Below are positions 58,972 through 64,000 of a stretch of DNA of 64,000 nt, in pieces. Position 1 is the first letter of the stretch. Each line of letters begins with the position of its first letter. Position numbers and translations under genes: made by a program. Origin of the DNA: Planctomycetota bacterium (lineage in GTDB: Bacteria; Planctomycetota; PLA2; JAEUHO01); assembly GCA_965222115.1 (NCBI GenBank), contig CBDCTJ010000007.1, positions 416,001 to 480,000 on the forward strand. Direction: 5' to 3'. Under the pieces are notes generated by a model. It did no database searches, had not been told where the DNA came from, and worked only from the letters and a program-made list of their open reading frames with translations.

Positions 58972-59931
58972 ATGCGCATCATGCTTACCGGCGCCGCCGG
59001 TCAAATCGGTACCGATCTCCTGCCCCTGTTGGTGGCACGCGGCGATGACGTCATGGCATTTGATCTTGCGCCGCGCCCGTCTACCTGTCCAGACGGTGTG
59101 ACGTGGCACCGGGGTGATGTGACCTACGAGGGTGAAGTGTTGGAAGCCGTCGCGGCCTTTCGACCGGAACGAATTCTCCACTTTGCGGCCATCCTGTCGG
59201 CATCGGGCGAGAAGGTTCCTCACCGTGCGTACCGCGTCAACATGGACGGCACAAGGCACGTGTTGGAGGCCGCGCGACTGTTCAACGTAAAGCAAGTGTT
59301 CTTCACAAGCACCATCGCCGTATTTGGCGAAGGCCTACCCGCAACTGTGGGTGACGATGTTTCGCTGGTGCCCAGCACGATGTACGGCATTACCAAGGTT
59401 GCGGGCGAACTCTTGGGTGCCTATTACGAAGACAAGTACGGCATCGACTTTCGCGGGGTGCGCTTCCCGGGACTGATCAACGCGGGTATCCCCGGCGGCG
59501 GCACGAGTGACTACGCGCTATTTATGTTCGTAGAGGGCGTGCGCGTGGGCTCGTACGAATCCTTTGTACATGAGAAGAGTCGCATCCCGTTCATGTACAT
59601 GCCCGATGCCCTGCGAGCGGTACTGGAATTGTCCGACGCGCCCAAAAAGGGGCTCACGAGGCACGTGTACAACATTGCAGCCATGTCACCCACCGCTGAA
59701 GCATTCGCCGCCGCCGTGCGCGCGCGTGTGCCGGGCGTAACGCTCACCTTCAAGTCCGATCCCGAGCGCCAAGCGATCCTCGACTCGTGGCCCGAAGCGC
59801 TTGACGACAGCAACGCACGAAACGACTGGGATTGGAAACACGAGTTTGACCTCGAGGCCATGGCCGACGACTTGCTTCCTCGGGTCCACGCACTCGTTGC
59901 AAAACAGGGCGCGACGCATGCGTCGCATTGA
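58972..59931 (+). CDS. NAD-dependent epimerase/dehydratase, SDR-type L-threonine 3-dehydrogenase-like
   Basis: TGAAGQIG, LSASGE, MYGITK, PGGGTSDYA, RQAILDSWP. Confidence 0.85.
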   Translation: MRIMLTGAAGQIGTDLLPLLVARGDDVMAFDLAPRPSTCPDGVTWHRGDVTYEGEVLEAVAAFRPERILHFAAILSASGEKVPHRAYRVNMDGTRHVLEAARLFNVKQVFFTSTIAVFGEGLPATVGDDVSLVPSTMYGITKVAGELLGAYYEDKYGIDFRGVRFPGLINAGIPGGGTSDYALFMFVEGVRVGSYESFVHEKSRIPFMYMPDALRAVLELSDAPKKGLTRHVYNIAAMSPTAEAFAAAVRARVPGVTLTFKSDPERQAILDSWPEALDDSNARNDWDWKHEFDLEAMADDLLPRVHALVAKQGATHASH

Positions 59932-59973
59932 GCCTCGCATTACTGCCTTCGAAGGAATCTACGACCAGCGAGC

Positions 59974-61458
59974 CTACTTCTTTTCGCGTTCCGTGAGCGT
60001 CTCTAGCCAACGTAGCGCGACGGGCTCTTGTCCGCCTCGCTCGACGTACGCACGCAGCGCTTCGAGAGCACCCTTCGCATCGCGGCGATGATCGCCGCGA
60101 ATAACGGCGATGTGAAACCAGGGCGTCGCATCCTTGGCATCCTTGCTCGCGGCTTCTAGGAACGCGGCCTCCGCGCGCTTCCACTTGCGACTTTCCATCA
60201 GAATGAACCCAAGGTGCATGCGAAGCCTGGCATCGTCGGGAGCAATTTCGATCGCGTCGCGCATCGCATGGGCGGCACGCGTGGTCTGTTGATCCTTGAC
60301 CAGGGCCAGGGACAGTGCCGTTGGGTATCGCGCCTTGGTTTGGTCCAGGCGGCACGCGAGCTGATAGCGGCGAATCGAGAGCTTAACTCGTCCCGCATGC
60401 TCGTAGGCAACTCCTCGAAGGAATTCGATATGCGCGTTTCGTTTGGCGATTCGAGACGCACGCTCAAGCACGCGGATGGCCGCTTTGGGATCGGCCAGAC
60501 GAATCTCGAGCACACCCATATGGATCAACGTGTTGACGTGTTTGGCGTTAATCGCATGAGCCCGCTGGAGAGTTTGTCGTGCTAGCGCAAACTCCTCGAT
60601 ATCGATGTAGGCGGCGCCAAGCGCGGCAAGCGTCTCAAGGTCGGTACCCGCATGCTTCATCGCAGCGCCATAGGACTCGCGGCATGCGTCCAACTTGCCC
60701 TGCATGCACTGAATCAGTCCAAGATGCAGGTGCGCGCCCGGCGATACCGGGCGCTTTTCAACCAGTCGAGATGCCAAGGCGTGGGCCTCGCCCAGACGAT
60801 CGCTCTGCGCGAGCACTAAAATGAGACGACGTTGTGCGGCATCATTCGTCGAATCGAGCCGCATGGCACGTCGAAAAGCCGCTTCTGCATGTTCAAGATC
60901 ACTGGCTCGTTCCAATCGCTGACCCGCAAGGACCCATGCATCGGACTCCCCAGCAAGCTCTGCCAAGGCAACCGCCGTGTCCGCGGCTCTGCGCGCGTTG
61001 GCCTCCACATGCGTTTCGGCATTCACAAGGGACCGCAGCACGCGCACACGCGTGCTTTCACTGGCCGGCATGTTTGCATCGGTGGCGCTGCGCATCATGC
61101 GAAGTCCACGCTGCCCACCCATCAATCGTCCGTAAAGGAAGGCTGCCACGGTGCACGTTGGATGCTTTCGGTGGATTGTTCGAAAGAGACTCCGCGCATC
61201 CGATCCGCGACCGTCTGCCAGCATGCGTTCCAGCAAATCCAAGCCATACGTCCATCGCGAAGCCACAGTATGCCAATTGGCGTCAACGGAGCCTGAGCGT
61301 GCCTGGTCGGGAACTACCCCTGCGCTGGAAGGCGGCTCCTCCGCGCTGCCAATCCCTGTCATGAACAACAGCGTGCCCACAAGCGCTGCAACGGCGTACC
61401 GACTGCGGTGTGTGCGGCGTCGAACGGTTCGATTGAAACCCGTCATGGCAACCTCCAC
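59974..61458 (-). CDS. Exported TPR protein
   Basis: Signal peptide and many TPR repeats. Confidence 0.85.
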   Translation of the reverse strand: MEVAMTGFNRTVRRRTHRSRYAVAALVGTLLFMTGIGSAEEPPSSAGVVPDQARSGSVDANWHTVASRWTYGLDLLERMLADGRGSDARSLFRTIHRKHPTCTVAAFLYGRLMGGQRGLRMMRSATDANMPASESTRVRVLRSLVNAETHVEANARRAADTAVALAELAGESDAWVLAGQRLERASDLEHAEAAFRRAMRLDSTNDAAQRRLILVLAQSDRLGEAHALASRLVEKRPVSPGAHLHLGLIQCMQGKLDACRESYGAAMKHAGTDLETLAALGAAYIDIEEFALARQTLQRAHAINAKHVNTLIHMGVLEIRLADPKAAIRVLERASRIAKRNAHIEFLRGVAYEHAGRVKLSIRRYQLACRLDQTKARYPTALSLALVKDQQTTRAAHAMRDAIEIAPDDARLRMHLGFILMESRKWKRAEAAFLEAASKDAKDATPWFHIAVIRGDHRRDAKGALEALRAYVERGGQEPVALRWLETLTEREKK

Positions 61459-61469
61459 GAGTGTTCCGT

Positions 61470-62030
61470 CTACTTGCTACCCGTGGTACGAAGAAGGTCT
61501 CGCAGTAACTCTCGCGTGAGATTCTTCAGCAACTGTGACTGACAGGCACCTCGTGCATCCGTCGCGGCCTGCTTCACTTTCTGCTTACGGCCATCCGCAG
61601 GCTTGGGCTTCTTGTTCTTGGTTTTCTTGGCTGGCGCTGGTGCGCGTCCTGGCGCTCCTCCATTCGGGCCGCCGTTACCGGCGCCCGGATTCCCGCCGTT
61701 GTTACCGCCGTTGTTGCCGCCGTTGTTACCGCCGTTGTTGCCGCCGTTGTTACCGCCGTTGTTGCCGCCGCCCGGGCGACCACCGCCTCCTCCTGGATTT
61801 CCACCTCCATTATTGCCGCCACCCATCGTGCCGCCGCCGTTGTTACCGCCGCCGTTGTTGCCGCCGCCGTTGTTGCCGCCGCCCCCACCAAAGACGCCAT
61901 TACCACCCCTGGCTTCGGCCTGATTTAGATCTGCATGGGAACTCCACTGTCCTAGCCCCCCAAACGTTATGAGTGCCGCCGCGACGCAACCGACTGCCAC
62001 CGCTGAAGTCCTGAGAATTTGAGTACGCAT
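61470..62030 (-). CDS. Secreted Gly/Asn-rich low-complexity protein
   Basis: AAGGAG RBS, signal-like leader, GGGNN/GGNN repeats, Lys-rich tail. Confidence 0.75.
   Translation of the reverse strand: MRTQILRTSAVAVGCVAAALITFGGLGQWSSHADLNQAEARGGNGVFGGGGGNNGGGNNGGGNNGGGTMGGGNNGGGNPGGGGGRPGGGNNGGNNGGNNGGNNGGNNGGNNGGNPGAGNGGPNGGAPGRAPAPAKKTKNKKPKPADGRKQKVKQAATDARGACQSQLLKNLTRELLRDLLRTTGSK
61693..61764. repeat. Coding tandem repeat, 6 x 12 bp (3 x perfect 24 bp)
   Basis: CCGCCGTTGTTA/CCGCCGTTGTTG alternating. There is also a 3 x 15 bp array at 61831-61875. Confidence 0.95.
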
Positions 62031-62061
62031 TGTTCGATCTCCTTTGAAGGACTTTCCGTTG

Positions 62062-62076
62062 GCAATCTCCGTGCCG
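62062..62076 (-). promoter_or_regulatory. sigma54 (-24/-12) promoter
   Basis: Minus strand CGGCACG-GAGA-TTGC with canonical GG-N10-GC spacing, about 30 bp upstream of ATG 62030. Confidence 0.75.
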
Positions 62077-62208
62077 TTCATTGCTCTTGCCTGCGAGACC
62101 CCCATTTGTTGGGGACATAGAGTGCCACACGCACGAGATGGGCTCGAGCAGCTCGACAATTGCGTCGAAGTCATATACAAACTCGCACAGCCCTGTCGAT
62201 GACCTCAG

Positions 62209-63567
62209 TTACACCCCAAGTTTCTTACGCTTGTATCGAAGAACCCGTTCATGGATGCCTAACAACATCGCGGCCTTCGTTTGAACGTCGCCCGCGCGAC
62301 GAAGCGCTGCACGAATCAGCCGGCGCTCCAGTGCTTCCACCGCTAAGCCGAGATCCAGCGGGGCGTCGTCACGTATCAAACCATCGTCTGACTGAACGAG
62401 AATTTTGCTTGGCAAGTCGGACAATTGAATAAGCGGGAGTTCCGCAGTGAGTACAACTCGTTCGATGACGTTACGCAGCTCCCGCACATTTCCTGGAAAC
62501 GAATACGTACTCAGCGCGTCCAATGCCTCGGGGGACAGCCTCAAGTCACCACGACCCTGCCTCAACGATGCGTCACGAACGAATTGTTGCGCAAGCTCGC
62601 CAATGTCTCCTCCGCGAACGCGTAGCGGCGGTAGGTGTACGCGCAAGACGTTGATGCGATGGTAGAGGTCGGATCGCAACGTGCCAGCGCGCACCGCCGC
62701 CTCGACATCGCGATTGGTGGCCGCCACGATTCGCGCGTTTACGGATCGTGGTGTGCCTTCACCCACACGCGTAATTTCTCGCTCTTGAAGCACGCGAAGC
62801 AACCTCGATTGCAACGCAAGACTCAGCTCACCAATCTCGTCCAAGAAGAGCGTACCGTCTCCAGCTGCTTCAAAACACCCCACGTGATCCCGTACGGCGC
62901 CGGTGAATGCTCCTCGGACATGGCCAAAGAGCTCCGATTCAATAAGCCCATCGGGCAAAGCGCCGCAATTGACCGCTACAAAGGGCCGTTCATGTCGCGG
63001 GCTCTGTTCATGCAACATGCGAGCGATGAGTTCCTTCCCCGTGCCACTTTCGCCCGTTACGAGGACGGTCGCAGTACTCTTGGCAAGACGGGGAACGAGA
63101 TTGAGGACATCCACCATTGCGGGGGAGTTTCCGATCACGCCTTCCACGAGCTCCCGTTGCGAAACTGCTCTCTTGAGCGCGGCGTGCTCACGCGTTAGAG
63201 CCCGCAATTGTAGCGCTCGCGCGATAACGCCCACCAGCACTTGGGGTTCAACGGGCTTTTGAAGTACATCGAATGCGCCGAGGCGCATGGACGCCACGGC
63301 CATTGGCACCGTGCCGTAGGCGGACAGCACGACGGCCGCTACGTCAGGATCGATGTCGCGTGCCGCGCGAAGCACGTCGAGCCCATCACCATCAAGCAAG
63401 TTGAAGTCCGTAAGGATGACATCGGGCTGGACATCGCGCACGACGGCTTTGCCTTGCGTCACGGACGCGGCCTCGCTTACGTCAAAGCGCTGAGCGCGGA
63501 AGTAGTTGACCAGCAAGTCGCGTTGTTGCTCTTCATCTTCGACGATCACGATGCGGGGTGACTTCAC
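62209..63567 (-). CDS. NtrC-family sigma54 response regulator
   Basis: Receiver (VEDE, LTD, KP), GESGTGKE, GAFTGA, HTH. GTGA overlap with the kinase gene. Confidence 0.95.
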   Translation of the reverse strand: MKSPRIVIVEDEEQQRDLLVNYFRAQRFDVSEAASVTQGKAVVRDVQPDVILTDFNLLDGDGLDVLRAARDIDPDVAAVVLSAYGTVPMAVASMRLGAFDVLQKPVEPQVLVGVIARALQLRALTREHAALKRAVSQRELVEGVIGNSPAMVDVLNLVPRLAKSTATVLVTGESGTGKELIARMLHEQSPRHERPFVAVNCGALPDGLIESELFGHVRGAFTGAVRDHVGCFEAAGDGTLFLDEIGELSLALQSRLLRVLQEREITRVGEGTPRSVNARIVAATNRDVEAAVRAGTLRSDLYHRINVLRVHLPPLRVRGGDIGELAQQFVRDASLRQGRGDLRLSPEALDALSTYSFPGNVRELRNVIERVVLTAELPLIQLSDLPSKILVQSDDGLIRDDAPLDLGLAVEALERRLIRAALRRAGDVQTKAAMLLGIHERVLRYKRKKLGV

Positions 63568-64000
63568 GCGCCTTCCTCTCTTGGTGCAAATCGAATCTGA
63601 ACGCACGCACCCTTCGAGTCGGACCGCACAACGCGCACGCTACCCCCGCTCTCCATGATGAATCGCCGGGCAAGGGGTAATCCGAGACCGTGCCCGCCGG
63701 GACGCTCCGAAGCGCCTACGCGAAACACGCGCTGAAGGTCTTGCGTAAATCCGGGGCCGTTATCGCGCACATCAATGCATACAACCCGTTCCTCGTCATA
63801 CCAATGCAACGTTACGACATCGCCAGGAGGGGAAGCACTGATCGCGTTTCGCACGAGATTCGTCAGTGCCTGTTCCAAAATGAGCGGATGGGCCGGCACC
63901 TCGAGTATGGGCCCGTCAATGCGCACGCGAACGCGAACGTCGGCCCGCCGGGCCACGACGCTCGTTCGTCGTTTGACATCATCGAGAACGCGGGGATCGG
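63564..64000 (-). CDS. Sensor histidine kinase, C-terminal HATPase (partial)
   Basis: QALTNLVRNA, DNGPG, GHGLGL. Runs off the window edge. Confidence 0.9.
   Translation of the reverse strand, partial: DPRVLDDVKRRTSVVARRADVRVRVRIDGPILEVPAHPLILEQALTNLVRNAISASPPGDVVTLHWYDEERVVCIDVRDNGPGFTQDLQRVFRVGASERPGGHGLGLPLARRFIMESGGSVRVVRSDSKGACVQIRFAPREEGA

Noticed and set aside
61574-61923. Poly-Pro/Leu and Ala/Thr ORFs over the tandem repeat
   Set aside because: Alternative frames of the GGNN repeat. Only the 62030 frame has a promoter, RBS and leader.
62113-62128. Second sigma54-like TGGCAC on the minus strand
   Set aside because: It lacks TTGC at -12. The 62062-62076 site fits better.

Overview
GC-rich bacterial chromosomal window, probably Planctomycetota (inferred from the gene content: several Ser/Thr kinases, sigma54 activators, carboxypeptidase-regulatory-like repeat proteins, DUF1573, HEAT/TPR proteins, an OprP-type porin). 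It holds about 50 CDS, and I saw no rRNA, tRNA or CRISPR array. Recognisable modules are a BtuCDF-like ABC transporter, a HelY-like helicase, an AOR + formate dehydrogenase pair, folB/folK, fabL, a diguanylate cyclase and an NtrC-type two-component system. The strongest novel signal is in a 2409-aa SdrD-B-like repeat lipoprotein: its 14 tandem repeats contain only 6 lysines, each in a repeat with exactly one unpaired Cys, including a reciprocal Cys/Lys swap between two repeats, which suggests intramolecular Lys-Cys cross-links. Other notable items are a ParDE module bracketed by a 76-bp duplication of the fdh 3' end, two sigma54 promoters (one before a kinase + PspA-like operon, one before a secreted GGNN-repeat protein), two families of intergenic palindromes, and an orphan antitoxin with a possible toxin remnant. 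All family calls come from motif recognition by eye, not from database searches.
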